Source: Nemertoderma westbladi (taxonomy: Eukaryota; Animalia; Xenacoelomorpha). Taken from it: a DNA stretch of 51,606 nt. Shown piece after piece: positions 24,221 to 36,150 of this stretch. Positions within the stretch are counted from its first letter, which is position 1, and the number at the start of each line of letters is the position of its first letter. The stretch lies in contig JAUCBJ010007444.1 in assembly GCA_032718475.1 (NCBI GenBank), positions 1 through 51,606 on the forward strand. The letters run 5' to 3'. A program made the position numbers and the translations under genes. The notes beneath the pieces were generated by a model, which was given only the letters and a program-made list of their open reading frames with translations, was not told the DNA's origin and did not search any database.

Positions 24221-25412
24221 ATTTATTATTCAGAGTTTATGCGATTACTCGCAACATTCATGTCCCCAAGTTTATTCCTACAGTAATTGTGTTTGTTATA
24301 CATACCGTTATAGTTAAATTAACCCCGGTACTACACGGGCTGATTGGCGTAGGTAAAGACTGGTGACTTTGTGCCCCGGTCACTCCAGCAGATGCTGTGG
24401 TTCTTTTAACTGTTCAAGTATATTTAACTGCCGGTTATTTGTTTTACAAGTACTTGTACCTAATTTAGGGTTTAGTGTACAGTGCTTTCCGAAAGTAATT
24501 AGTGTAGGCATTATATTTGTGTTGTAAAGTGGTTGATAGGCACGTTCGTTCTATTAACCTCTAGGTAGGAACACTCCGTGATACATAACGTAGTACCTAT
24601 AGCGATACGGCTGTAGGTCGTCAGGCGGTGGTATTTTCCTATCTGGACAACGCAGTATATTTACTTCTGCTTATTATTTTCAAATACCGTAGTATCCTAT
24701 CCGTTGTAATAACCAGAAGTTCTAACCCTTTGTTAGACTGGTTCGTAGTTTCCCTGTTAAATTGCCCTAAAAAATTTCGTACGTAATATTTTTGTTGTTG
24801 TGTTTAATTAGAGATTTAATCTCACCCGTATTGTAAGTAATTCGTAGATAAGTAACTTAGGAAAGTAGAATTATTTGTTTTAGTGTCCAACAAGTGGCAC
24901 TTCACTGAGAGCACACAGCTTTTGTGTAAGTGATTACTTCTCAGAAATAGTAACATCTATTTCAATATTGTAACAAAAACCCCTCCTACGGGTACATATA
25001 AATCCACTAAATCTATTAATAAAATAGTAGGCCTATTATACAACACTTAGGTCTTAATATCAGTTGGTCTGCTGCTCAAATAACGGTAATAAAGTAAGTA
25101 AAGTAACCAAGTAACCCCTAACATTCCGAAATTCAATTATCCTAAATAATTGATATACCGGTATCTATAATAGGCTTATTATATAATTGTATATATTTGC
25201 ACTGAAATTATATACCGGTATTCTGAGACAAACCTAGTCTGCAATACTTATATATATACTATAAGCATACCGGTATTCTAATATATTGTATATATATCAC
25301 GTTACACCGAGTAACGGTATCGGTAATTAATCGCTAGGCTTGCAGTGATACTGAATTACTAGACTTGCTTTAACTGTAATATAGCAGTAGGCATTCAACT
25401 GTACAAACAAAA

Positions 25413-28400
25413 ATGTCTGACACAAAACGGGCACTGTCAGATAGTATTTTGGAAGGTGTTAGAATGAGTCTTAGACTTGGACAGGGTCTTGAAAGGAAGA
25501 TGGCAGAGGCAATGGCAACAGCAGAAGCGAAAAGAAAGGCGGCAGAAGCAATGGCAACAGTAGAAGCGGAAAGAAAGATAGAGACACCTGTACTCCCAGA
25601 ACCTGCCTATAAATTCCCTTTGCCCAGTACTAAACTACCTGTGCCCAGTAGGACTGTTCCCGAGTCCGAACCCGTCATGGACGCCGAGCGAGGTATCAAG
25701 AATTTATCGCCCGTCGTCTCTCGCTCGCCAGCTACTACGTTGGCGACTCCCGCTTCGGCGGTTGAGTGGGTAGCTGAGGGACGACGGGAGATGGGTCTCC
25801 TGCTCGAGCAGCTGAGGGAACACTGTTTGTGCTCCTCTCAGCAGGTCCGGGAAATGGAAGAGACTGTTCAGCAGCTCAAGGGAACAGTAAGAGAAAGTAG
25901 GTTAGAGTTGCAAAAGGTGCAGCAAAGTATCGCGTTAGAACGCGATAAATTAGTCAATTTACAAAAGAGTATACCACCACCCCCTGTAACAATGTGTCAA
26001 CCCGTTAGGTCTGAAGTATCTCATGCGCAAGGTGTGGAGCCTACACGCATCTATACTGCTAGTGAAGTAGAAACTCCTATAGTAAACCCTATTCAGGGTG
26101 ATTATAAACCTGTTGATAATAATATTCCATATAGACCTGATCATAATCCGAGAAATTTATATACCGATAATTCTATATTCAATAATTCGATATTAAATAA
26201 CACGATGGCCCAAGAAAGCTTTACGCGTCAGATGGCTAGAACAGAAGCCCGCCAAGCGGTCAAAGTGGGAGAAATCGTCAAATTCAATGGGGATGAAATG
26301 AAATGGTTACCGTTTAATGAATATTATGAAGATAGCATACAGAACTCTGTACTATCTAGCGGAGAGAAACTGAGATTCCTCATCAAATGTTTGGAAGGAC
26401 CTCCCAAATTAATGGCGTTGAAGTTTATTGGACATCCAAATGGATTAAGACAAGTTTGGGATACATTAAACACCAGGTATGGTAATAAGGATAACATAGC
26501 TAAGTATTTGTATGCAAAATTAGTAGCTCCCCGAAAGTTCCTTAGTAACGAGATTATAGAGTTTTCCGATGAGATTCAAGAGATCTGCCGACAATTAGAT
26601 TGGTTAGGTAAGTCTCATGAATATCAGAGTTCTATGGTTATTGGAGCCATAGTCTCTACTTTACCAAAGGGTGGAGTATGTACTCGCTGGGACAAGAAAG
26701 TGTTGTATATGATGGAGCAACAACGACGGAGCCCTACCATGGCTGATCTCATGTCATTCCTAGACGGTGAGGTCAAATTACAACTCATAAAGCAGTCCAG
26801 AGAGAAAACATCGGAAAATCAGGTAAGTGGGAAACCCGTTTCTAGGAAAAGAATAATACCCGTGTGTTATACAGACGAGGGCGAAAGCCAGACCTCCCAT
26901 GAGGACAGCGGGAAAGACACAGCAAGATCTTACTATGACCACAAAACCCCAAAAGACGTAAGTAAATACAAGTCTCGAACCAATGATAGGAGAGAACAGG
27001 TTGCCAAGACCCCTCCTCAGTCTCCCAACAGAATTCAGGTAAGAAAGCCCGAAGAACGAGCGAAAGTGCATAACATTACCCAAGGTAAAGTGAGTAACAT
27101 CAAACCAAAATGTGCGCTGTGCGACGGGCCCCACCGTTTGAGTGCGTGTACAGAATTCCTAAAGAAATCCCTGGCAGATAGACGTGGAGTCCTGTGGGAT
27201 AAGCGGTTGTGTTATAACTGTCTCAGACGCGGACACCAGCGGCGAACCTGTTACTCTGACGCAAGGTGTGCTAAGTGCGGCGCGAAACATCATAGCTTGT
27301 TGCACACGGAATTCGAACGAAACAGCCCGAGTCAGGTAAGTGAGCCCAAATCACATGTCCAATTCAGTGATGTGAACGACACTGACCAAAGTTCTGAGTG
27401 GGAAGGATTCTATACGGACGAATTCTCCGATGCCAACGAATCCTGTTATCTAATAAATACCGCAGTGTATCGAGCACTTACGTACGAAAAAGACACCGAC
27501 ACGGAGTTCCCCCTAACCACCTTTGACAGACAACCATCTTGGAAAGCTCCAACCTCCAACGGAGGAATACGAGAATTTCCGGTAGTACAAGTAAGAGTTC
27601 ACGGTCTTAACAAAAGTTACATAGTGAACGCCCTCCTTGACTCCAGCAGCACCGGAACATTCATCGACAAAGAATTAGCCGAGGATATCTTTGCTGGACA
27701 ACCCAAATTCCTAACTAAGTTAAATATGTCAGGAGTTATACAGGTTTGGAAATCTACCATAACGGCAGATTACTATATAGGTGCGTTGTCCACCCCACAG
27801 GATAAATTAGGAGAACAAAGTATAAGGTCAGTAAAAATGGTAGCAATAAAGAACTTCGCTACTACCCAAGTAGAACCTTATAACTGGGACGAGGACGAGA
27901 GCATCCAACATCTTGAGATACCTCGATTCCAAACCGATTATCCTGGAGTGCAAATCCTCATCGGCCAAAACGCGCATGAGGCGCTCGAGACATTGGAGAA
28001 ACGGCCTGCTCAACCGCAGCCATTACAAACTTATGCGGTAAGAACTAGAGTTGGTTGGTACTTTACTGGCCCTTCCCGCAGAACTCTTGAAGAAAGATTG
28101 CCACAAGACCGGCTACTTCAAGTAAAGGATTGGGAAGAGGGGAGCAGTGAAGTGGATGAACCCACTGAGGGAACACCATACTCCTCAGATAATGACGATA
28201 TTAACTCCAATGTAGATCAATGGAGACATCGCCCCGAGATGATTAATCTAGCCGACATCGCTTCCAGAGGAGCAACTCCTCAAGAACGGATAGATACTCC
28301 CGGCTGGTTAGGTGGACCCGACTCCCTAAGTAAAGAAGAAGATGAATGGCCTCCTCATCTTACCACGACAAAGATTAGACAGGCCAAGGGAGCGGAGGAA

Positions 28401-28544
28401 GTAACACGACAGCCTAATCGCCCAGCTGGTCGTTTAGGTTTACTGGAAAGAGACCGAAAACTGTCCGGAAACCATGGAAGGCAAGATACTCTTCCTACGA
28501 CCACTTCCCTAATTCGACAAAGATCTAGGGACTCCATAACGTAA
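25413..28544 (+). CDS. gag: BEL/Pao Gag-protease polyprotein (1043 aa) with short in-frame RNase H and IN remnants
   Basis: Pao gag core (KFNGDEMKW, EKLRFL, LNTRYG); triple knuckle CALCDGPH..C / CYNCLRRGH..C / CAKCGAKHHSLLH; protease ALLDSSS and RTRVGW; then QWRH..NLADIASRG. No RT or DDE core. Confidence 0.92.
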   Translation: MSDTKRALSDSILEGVRMSLRLGQGLERKMAEAMATAEAKRKAAEAMATVEAERKIETPVLPEPAYKFPLPSTKLPVPSRTVPESEPVMDAERGIKNLSPVVSRSPATTLATPASAVEWVAEGRREMGLLLEQLREHCLCSSQQVREMEETVQQLKGTVRESRLELQKVQQSIALERDKLVNLQKSIPPPPVTMCQPVRSEVSHAQGVEPTRIYTASEVETPIVNPIQGDYKPVDNNIPYRPDHNPRNLYTDNSIFNNSILNNTMAQESFTRQMARTEARQAVKVGEIVKFNGDEMKWLPFNEYYEDSIQNSVLSSGEKLRFLIKCLEGPPKLMALKFIGHPNGLRQVWDTLNTRYGNKDNIAKYLYAKLVAPRKFLSNEIIEFSDEIQEICRQLDWLGKSHEYQSSMVIGAIVSTLPKGGVCTRWDKKVLYMMEQQRRSPTMADLMSFLDGEVKLQLIKQSREKTSENQVSGKPVSRKRIIPVCYTDEGESQTSHEDSGKDTARSYYDHKTPKDVSKYKSRTNDRREQVAKTPPQSPNRIQVRKPEERAKVHNITQGKVSNIKPKCALCDGPHRLSACTEFLKKSLADRRGVLWDKRLCYNCLRRGHQRRTCYSDARCAKCGAKHHSLLHTEFERNSPSQVSEPKSHVQFSDVNDTDQSSEWEGFYTDEFSDANESCYLINTAVYRALTYEKDTDTEFPLTTFDRQPSWKAPTSNGGIREFPVVQVRVHGLNKSYIVNALLDSSSTGTFIDKELAEDIFAGQPKFLTKLNMSGVIQVWKSTITADYYIGALSTPQDKLGEQSIRSVKMVAIKNFATTQVEPYNWDEDESIQHLEIPRFQTDYPGVQILIGQNAHEALETLEKRPAQPQPLQTYAVRTRVGWYFTGPSRRTLEERLPQDRLLQVKDWEEGSSEVDEPTEGTPYSSDNDDINSNVDQWRHRPEMINLADIASRGATPQERIDTPGWLGGPDSLSKEEDEWPPHLTTTKIRQAKGAEEVTRQPNRPAGRLGLLERDRKLSGNHGRQDTLPTTTSLIRQRSRDSIT

Positions 28545-29086
28545 TTATATATGGAGTGGGTGTGTGACTATATTATTTTATATTTTTTTTATTATTTTAT
28601 ATTTATGTATGGATTATTATGTATTTTACTATAATCGTTTTATTTAATTTTATTTAGTAGAATGTTATTTTAGATTATTTAGTAGATTAGTGCAATATAT
28701 TAGTGTTTATTACGTAATTACATATAATATATCTAGTGCGACGGCGAGAAATAATTCTTTTCTCTTTCCTTACTGTCCGTATTATATTATAAATGCGAGA
28801 CTACAGTAAGATGACATGTCCGTACTTATTAAAGTACAATAAAGCTCCTACTATATTTAAGTATTATTGGTAGGCAGAGTATTAGGAATGCAAAGTTCAG
28901 ATCCTCGTGTCTCGGCTAAACCAAGCTCTGGGTAGACCTTGGAAACGACTTGCCTCTTCACACTGACATTGCTTCGTGCGATATTGCTCTTCTACCTTAT
29001 ATTAAATAATACCTATAGTAGCGTGATGTCCCTCTAACAGTAGCGTAAAACGCAAATAAATCTGTTAAACTTTTGACCATCTGTAA

Positions 29087-29355
29087 TTCTAGTCGATTAA
29101 GATATCGCGGCACCCACCGATATACTTGAAAGACAAATTCTAGAATCAGTGGTTAACGTCCCCAGACAAGCTCTGGAATAAATCGGTGCCCATCTTAAAT
29201 ATTAATTTAATATTTATTAAAACCTGTAAAATTCAGATCCTTAAAATTTCTAGTCAATTAAGATATCGCAGCATTTACCGATACTCTTAAAAGACAATTT
29301 TTATAGAATTAAGGATCTTATGTTCCCAGATATGCTCTGGAATAAAATTGTGTCA
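29087..29355 (+). repeat. Diverged direct repeat (period ~161 bp) in the internal region of A
   Basis: TTCTAGTC(G/A)ATTAAGATATCGC...AAAGACAA...GCTCTGGAATAAA at ~29087 and ~29248. Confidence 0.75.
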
Positions 29356-30167
29356 ATTTTACCATCAAATAATAAAATTCACGGGAATAAATTTAAATTC
29401 ATATCTTTAAATGAATTTAATAAATTGTCATTTTATGCAATTTATAACATTCCCAAAATTCCATTAATTAATAGATCACGGGAGCGGAGATTCACCCTAT
29501 TGAGTGTGTTAGAGTGTGAGAATCTCCAACATATAGTCAATAGCCGATAAAATTTATAAAATCATGCATAAAGAGGATATTGACAATTAAAGAATTACTA
29601 TTAAATAGCATCCCAGATCTGTATGCATGAGAATTACCCTAATTCTACCGCTAGCTTTCCATAATGTCACCATGGCAACACCCACGCTAGAATTAAAAAC
29701 GAGTTAAAAGAAAAATAGAAAGCTTGTCCCATTGCCTAGTATAGAGATTACATAGCACACTGTTTAGTATCCAAGGATACGCAATAACAACGTGACATTC
29801 TGGAAGGCACTGACTAACGGACAAATGGCCTGTATGCTTATAATTGGTGACAGTTGTGTGGAATTTGTGCGTTTGTAGGTGAATGTTGCTACTAAAGTGT
29901 GTTTACAGTAGCTAGTCGCAATCGTAAAGTAGACCTAACTCTCCTATATAAAAAACCTTAAGTGATTTCAAGACTTTGGGACGGACAGTGGAGTGACTTG
30001 TGCCGGTTATCGTTGTCGTGCTGTTGCTACTACGTTGGCGTAAACATCGCGACAACGGTGTATCGGCGCTGAGGATCCCACTGTCCGGGGGTAGAGAGGG
30101 GTAGGCAGCGACGCCCGCTCACCTAAAGATAAACTCATTATAATATTAATAAACTCAAATAGCAGAT

Positions 30168-31533
30168 ATGACGGAATTGATAGAGGATGATCTTGGTATT
30201 AGAGAGAGATATACTCTACCTTTACATGCGTTTGTGGATAGCTTGATACGCGGTGAAGCTGATCCAACTACTACGGAGGACGATGGTAGTTATATCGAAC
30301 CGCCGATGTCTCACGCGTTGATCAAGAGCAACTCACGCGTGAATTGGACTATAGAAAATTCACGGCTCGCTATACGCATCGTAATGGTACGTATATGGAC
30401 TTCTTAACTACCGGCCATTCTATCGATTTACACGATACGGACTATGTCAACACAAAAAGGGAAATGGTATTATTTAAATATCCTACCCAGCGGAGTCGTA
30501 ACAATAAACTGAAATTCGAATGCGAAAATTCTATTCGAAATCGACTCGAAAGAAAGGACGTTCAAGAAGCGGATAAACGCGGTAACTCCAACGTATATTT
30601 AGAATTCTTGAAGAGAAGCATTGCAACACCAAATAAATATCACCCGCGTTTCCCCTATAAGACGTGTGTCTTGGTATTATTACGATGAATGCCCAGGACC
30701 CAACCAATAAACGGAAAGACATAAACATCCGCGGAGACGTTGCGCTAAACACAGTTTTACGCGTTATACTTACGGGAGTTTCGAGCGAAACCTGTTCGAC
30801 GTATCACCTACGATCGCTCTTCTTGAACGATCACTAAATAAACCCATGATCGGAGTTCCGGAATGCTCGGTCGGACCTCCTCGTTCCCTGGTGAGATCTC
30901 GGACTCTTGGTCCTGTTGGTGTGACGGATCCTCCCGAGCTGTATTCACTGTTCAAAGATCTAGTGTTACCCTAACAATTAATCGGTAACACTCCAGCAGT
31001 GAGCTCTAGCTAGTCACCCATCTTACCTATCCGTATTGGGACGCGGACACCTAATATTGCCATTAAACCGTGTAGTCGCCCAGTTTAACGCGATACAACC
31101 CTGCATCAAGGTGGAGGAGAGCGTTGTACGAAACGAGTTAAACTCTGTTCTATAAAGATCAGAAAAGAAACCTGCGTTTGTTCAGATAAACGTAAGTTGT
31201 AACGGCAAGTCCAAGCGATAAACGAATTGGATTTATCTCAGTTCGATTGGGAAATCCAGAATCTCTAAGACGATATCGAGCTTGGACGACTCTATTCTCG
31301 GCGAGAGTTTTGGACGAACGTGTCCCACAATGAGCGGAGTGAAATCAGCTCGAGGAGAAGCATATCGAAACGGCGGATATACCGATCGTAATCCCATACC
31401 TTCTGATGCAATCATATTGCACCCTTCACCCAGGAGTTATAGCCCTCCTTGTAAAGTGGCTCGCCCCAAAGAGAAAAAGACTCTTGCTAGCTTTAAAAAA
31501 CTGCGTAAACGCCGTCCGCGCAAGAAAGACTAA
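30168..31533 (+). pseudogene. Extra env-position ORF of A, unknown product, frameshifted
   Basis: Coding-like pieces (30168..30407, 30344..30688, 31282..31533) ending 70 nt before the PPT. The C-terminus is conserved with element B. Confidence 0.6.
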
Positions 31534-31611
31534 CTGTTTAGAGTATTTTCATATTTTAGAAACTGTGATTTTGTATATTTTATAGACTTAAATCCCATTT
31601 TCTGGGAGCGG

Positions 31612-32810
31612 TGTAAAAGCTTTTGTGGGATAACTGATTCGTTTGCCTTGCTAACCAGTTCCCCCCAGGCGCTGGAATACTCTAAAAAGGTATCTATAAC
31701 TAGAATAGTGCAAGCTACCGGCTGATTGGCTGATTTGCTGTGCGAAGGGATCTGGGCTACGTTTGATCGTCCATCCAGCTTGGGAAGGTTGCCTCACAGC
31801 CCTGCTTTCTGTATCTGCCAATAGGATTTGAGTTGGTTTTGATTTCGACCTATCACAGATCTACTGAACTGAATTTTCCTCTCTGTATGCTCATTCTCTG
31901 TGGTGGGTGGAAGCCTTTGTAAATAAGGTTATTCTTATCAGTTTTCAGTGTTGTTGGTGATTCTAAGCCAGGAAGAACGGCTCTAGAATCGCTTATTTTC
32001 AGACTTTATAAGAAACATTAGTAGGCTTAAGATTATAGAGCGTATAACTGTTATCTTATCTCTTAACTTAACCACGAATCATAATACAATACATATTTAC
32101 ATATCTTAACCTACCGTCTTACTGCTTTTATGGTTTGTAATTATTTGTGTCAGTTAATTGGATGTTATTAGTTGAAGAATATCGTCAAATAACCCGAATT
32201 TCCCAATTTTCTTGATACACTACAGGTTAGAGAGACAGTTTACATACAACGATTGCGACTTATATTATAGTGGTTTGTAGTGAATATAATGCTATTTGGT
32301 AGCCACTACTTGAGTCAAGTGCTATTCTCTTTATACGTGATCAAAGTCAGTGACTGTCGGCAAACCAGTGAGCAGTATTGTGCGGTACCGGTAGTGTGTA
32401 TGATTGTGATTGAGACTGATAACTAAGCATCTCCTAAAGAATGCGTCTCATACGTGAAATCTAAGCCATATCGTTGTGTTTGGTGTAAGTCATAACTCTG
32501 TTTACATAGATAGAGCGCCACGTCCTAAAGGAACTGCTAATATTTCCCGAAAGTGAATAATATTTGCCAGAGATTATACATTAGTGATCAATCGAATAAT
32601 ACAAGTAGGCTTCACTGCAATAAATCTAAGCCCTCAGAATCCAGCCCCCCGGGTATATCCAGCGGGTGAATGGACGCGCACTAGGCTGGCTTCGGCTAAT
32701 GTTGTGTTTATTTTGTATTAAATCTTGTCATCTTATAAAGTCAATTTACCAACTAAAGACATATAAATTTTGGCAGGTTAAACTGCTAAAGGTCTACAAA
32801 AGCGCGTACA
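31612..32810 (+). repeat. 3' LTR of element A
   Basis: Direct repeat of 22175-23373, followed by TSD GTATC. Confidence 0.97.
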
Positions 32811-33470
32811 GTATCCGCTGGTCGAGCTACCTAGTTGGTTGATATCCATGGAGGATGCGCTTCTCTCCTGGATCAACATGTCTACCAGATGGTCAAAGGG
32901 GTTGAGGTCGTACGATGTTTGGCACTCGTCTCAAGACAGCAGCTTGGACTGGTCCCACCTTAGTTGTCTGTATGACTGCTGTCGGTAGACCGTGGGTCAT
33001 TAGGAATTTCCGGGGTATTACAGTTCTTACTAGTTCCCATTCCCTCGCCTTATATTCATAGGGGCGTCGGTTGACCTCTTGCAACTCGGGATGTGCACTG
33101 AGAAATGTCTTTCCGTATTCCAGGTCTCGGCCGATACAACCAAGTAGATTATATGAGTCCAGGTTGTTTGGGTTGATATTTTTCAAATATTTTCTCACAT
33201 ATTTGGTGGAAATGGACTCACAAACACGTTTGAGTAGTTCATAACTGGGAATATGAGTTTTCTGTTCGATTTGTGGAAATAGGTTGGGGTGAAATGCATA
33301 CACTCCCTCATAGGCACCATCCGGGATAGTAATGGTGGTGCGAATCGCAGTGAAGGTCTGCGCTAGCTTCCCAAGCTCGTATGTATCGCAATAAAATAAT
33401 CAACTCGTCTACGCTTTCCATGTTGGGTCTAGACGGGCAATCCTAACTAGCGTGTCCCTTTAACTGACAG
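32811..33470 (-). pseudogene. Extra 3' ORF of element B (upstream part), unknown product
   Basis: ORF 32893..33303 and flanks. Joined across the GTATC TSD it reads ...LGSSTSGYTNSNPNPSDAIILHPSPR into 22174. Confidence 0.65.
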
Positions 33471-33472
33471 TA

Positions 33473-34503
33473 ATGACATTGTGTCATGAACTGTGGGCAG
33501 ACTGCATATTCTGCAACCCAACCAAACAATCTGGTCAATGCAACCCAACCAAACAACATACAGTAAATCCCTCTGAAATCTACAATCTAATTAGTAAACT
33601 AAACACTGGTAAAACTAGTAATTTATATGGGATAAATGCTGAATGTCTCATATATGGGCGGATGGAGACTCTATGCTCCTTCATTGCAGAACTTTTTGCA
33701 GAAATTTCCAACAGAGGTGTTTTTCAAAAGATTTCCTCTCTTGGGACCATGCAGTATTGCACCCGTGCCCAAACTCCAACAGACAGAATGTATTATTACA
33801 CAAGAACAATCCTTCGGGAACATAACTGTTACACTTACATTAGGAAAGCTCTGGGAACTATCCATCTTGAAAGAAATAACATATATATCTCCAAATCACC
33901 TGCAACTAGGATACAAACCACACATAGGATCAGACATAGCCCACCAAGCCGTTTCCAGTCTCATCAACAAATTTACTAAGAAGGGATCTCCTATGTACGT
34001 ACTTACTCAGTTTGGATCTTAGCTGTGCCTTTGATATGATATCTCATAGCAAACTCTTTCATAAACTAAGACAAACCAATATAGACGGAAACATAATCAA
34101 TGCTTTATCGTACTACAACCAATCTTCTGCCTATGTTTCTTGTGGGGGATACACTGTAGGTGAACCAATTGCAATTCAACAGGGAGTGAGACTGGGTGGT
34201 ATCTTGTCACCTTTCCTGTTCATTTTCTATCTGACGGACCTATTCGAACAGCTTGAAAAGTCAAACCTTGGTATCCACATTAAAGATGTTTCTTTCTGCG
34301 CCATAAACTACGCTGATGACATTATAATCCTGGCGAACATGAAGTCACACCTCAATAGTTTACTGGAAATTTGTTCACAGTATTTCAGAGATCACAACCT
34401 CAAATTAAATGAGTCAAAGTGTCACTTCCTGTCCATTAACACCAAAGGCACTACGAACACCAATGACATGATGCTTACCCTCAAGGATAAAACACTGCAA
34501 TAA
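33473..34503 (+). pseudogene. Non-LTR retrotransposon RT fragment (clade uncertain, RTE-X-like), frameshifted
   Basis: Motifs LQLGYK, DLSCAFD, QGVRLGGILSPFLF, NYADD and LKLNESKC. Confidence 0.85.
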
Positions 34504-35699
34504 AAAAAGGTCTTTAGGATTATTACCTAGGTTAAAGGCCAACTACTAATCCACTTCAACGCCGAATCTAGAAAAAAACAATTATGCTTAACGACAATAT
34601 AATTACAGAGTTTCCTAATTTTTCAACAATGGAAACAAGCAATACGGATACGTTTCCAAAATTTTATAAATTTACTGTACAATTAATTTCGACGATGTAA
34701 TTCACATAGTTGTCATGGTAACCGGGTTTCAAAAAGTGCCCCATATCGGATTCTCCGATAGTGATTTGGGTGGGGTAGGTCAAGGTTAGAATTCCGTAGG
34801 ATTATAGGAAATGGGTGATTGGTTTATGTATGACTTTCTTTGGCCATGGTGAAATGGTCTATTTAACCAAGTTCCAACAACCCGATTTGGGCCGATTTTG
34901 GATATGTTGATAAGCATAAAATTTGGGTCTAGAAAATATTAAATTAAATTCTGTTGCAATTTGTCCGAGGTTGAGCCCTATTTTGACTGGACTATTGTGG
35001 TGATTTTCCATTATCATATTTGTAATACTTGTTTTTATCGTGCCCCATTGAATTAAAACAATCTATTCCAGGTTATGTTTAATATATTTAATATCTCAGC
35101 AAATCAACTTTCTAGAACATACGTAGAGGCAAAAATAAGTAACTAAGTAAAATTACATAAATATAATTGGAACAAATAGAAACAGAAAGCGGTTTCGAGG
35201 AGTGGACACAAGGCAACGTTGTTTCACTATCGTTGGATTACTAACCTGCGAACCATTCTGATAAACTACTTTCAGCAACTAACACGGATACCCAACTTAC
35301 AGACTGCAATGGATCCAAGGAGGGGCGGGACAACTACTGGTAACGAAAGACTAGCGGTAGCGGAAGAATATGACGAATGTCTAACACCATCGGATGACGA
35401 TTATCTTGTGGAAGATAGGTAATTAAAGATGTATTTATCCTAATATTCAATTTTAATTTAATGCAATTAAAATATGTTCAAAAAAGATTACGGTATGCCA
35501 CAAACCACCTAGAGATGAAGTGCAAAATCACAGCAATAATAAAATAATAAAATATTGCTTAATTGCAAAACTTCAGTTCAATTTTTATAAATTATTCCAT
35601 TATTAGCTAAATATCTAGAACTTTTCCAAATAAAGTAAGTGAAAATGAAGAACTTCTAGCGCACACTACATCCACTGGTATAGTATGTAATTTCCTTTA

Positions 35700-36150
35700 A
35701 TTTATGTGAAGAGCTATCAATAAAGAAAGGCAGACATCTGGCTGTTATCTTTATTGATTTCTTCAAGTAACATTCGATTCAGTCTCTCGCTTACGTATGT
35801 TCAGCATACTTTTATTATATGGGATTCGTGATAAAACTTTTACTGCAATCAGACGAGGTTCAACAACCTTTGTGTTTACCATTGGTGACAAACTTACACC
35901 ATCTTATTCATAATTGTGGTTGACTATGTTCTACGCTTTTTGACAAGCCGGCACAGCATTCTTAAAAATGCAGCTGCAAGGCAGCATGCCGATCCTAGTA
36001 GTAGTAGTAGTAGTATGTTCTACGCATGTCTTTATATCATCATAATGATGATGGGGTGGTGGTAACACCACCTAAACTGGCTCCAGAAGTCCAGGAAATC
36101 CAGCCAAGCGATCCAGCCACTGATCTAGATAAACTAACTGATATTGCTTT
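35700..36150 (+). mobile_element. Highly degenerate RTE-like RT fragment
   Basis: Broken-frame traces FIDF..FDSVSR..MFSILLLYGI and LTDIAF. Confidence 0.45.

Larger units (their letters stand above)
22175..32810 (+). mobile_element. BEL/Pao LTR retrotransposon A, non-autonomous (gag-protease only), young
   Basis: 1199-bp LTRs TGTAAAAG..GTACA with about 7 differences by eye; perfect TSD GTATC (22170-22174 and 32811-32815); PPT GGGAGCGG at 31604-31611. Confidence 0.97.

Noticed and set aside
10093-28544. D (pol only) and A (gag-PR only) as a complementing bipartite pair
   Set aside because: Their LTRs look unrelated, and D pol has frameshifts, a stop and YVDN in place of YVDD. C is the more plausible helper for A.
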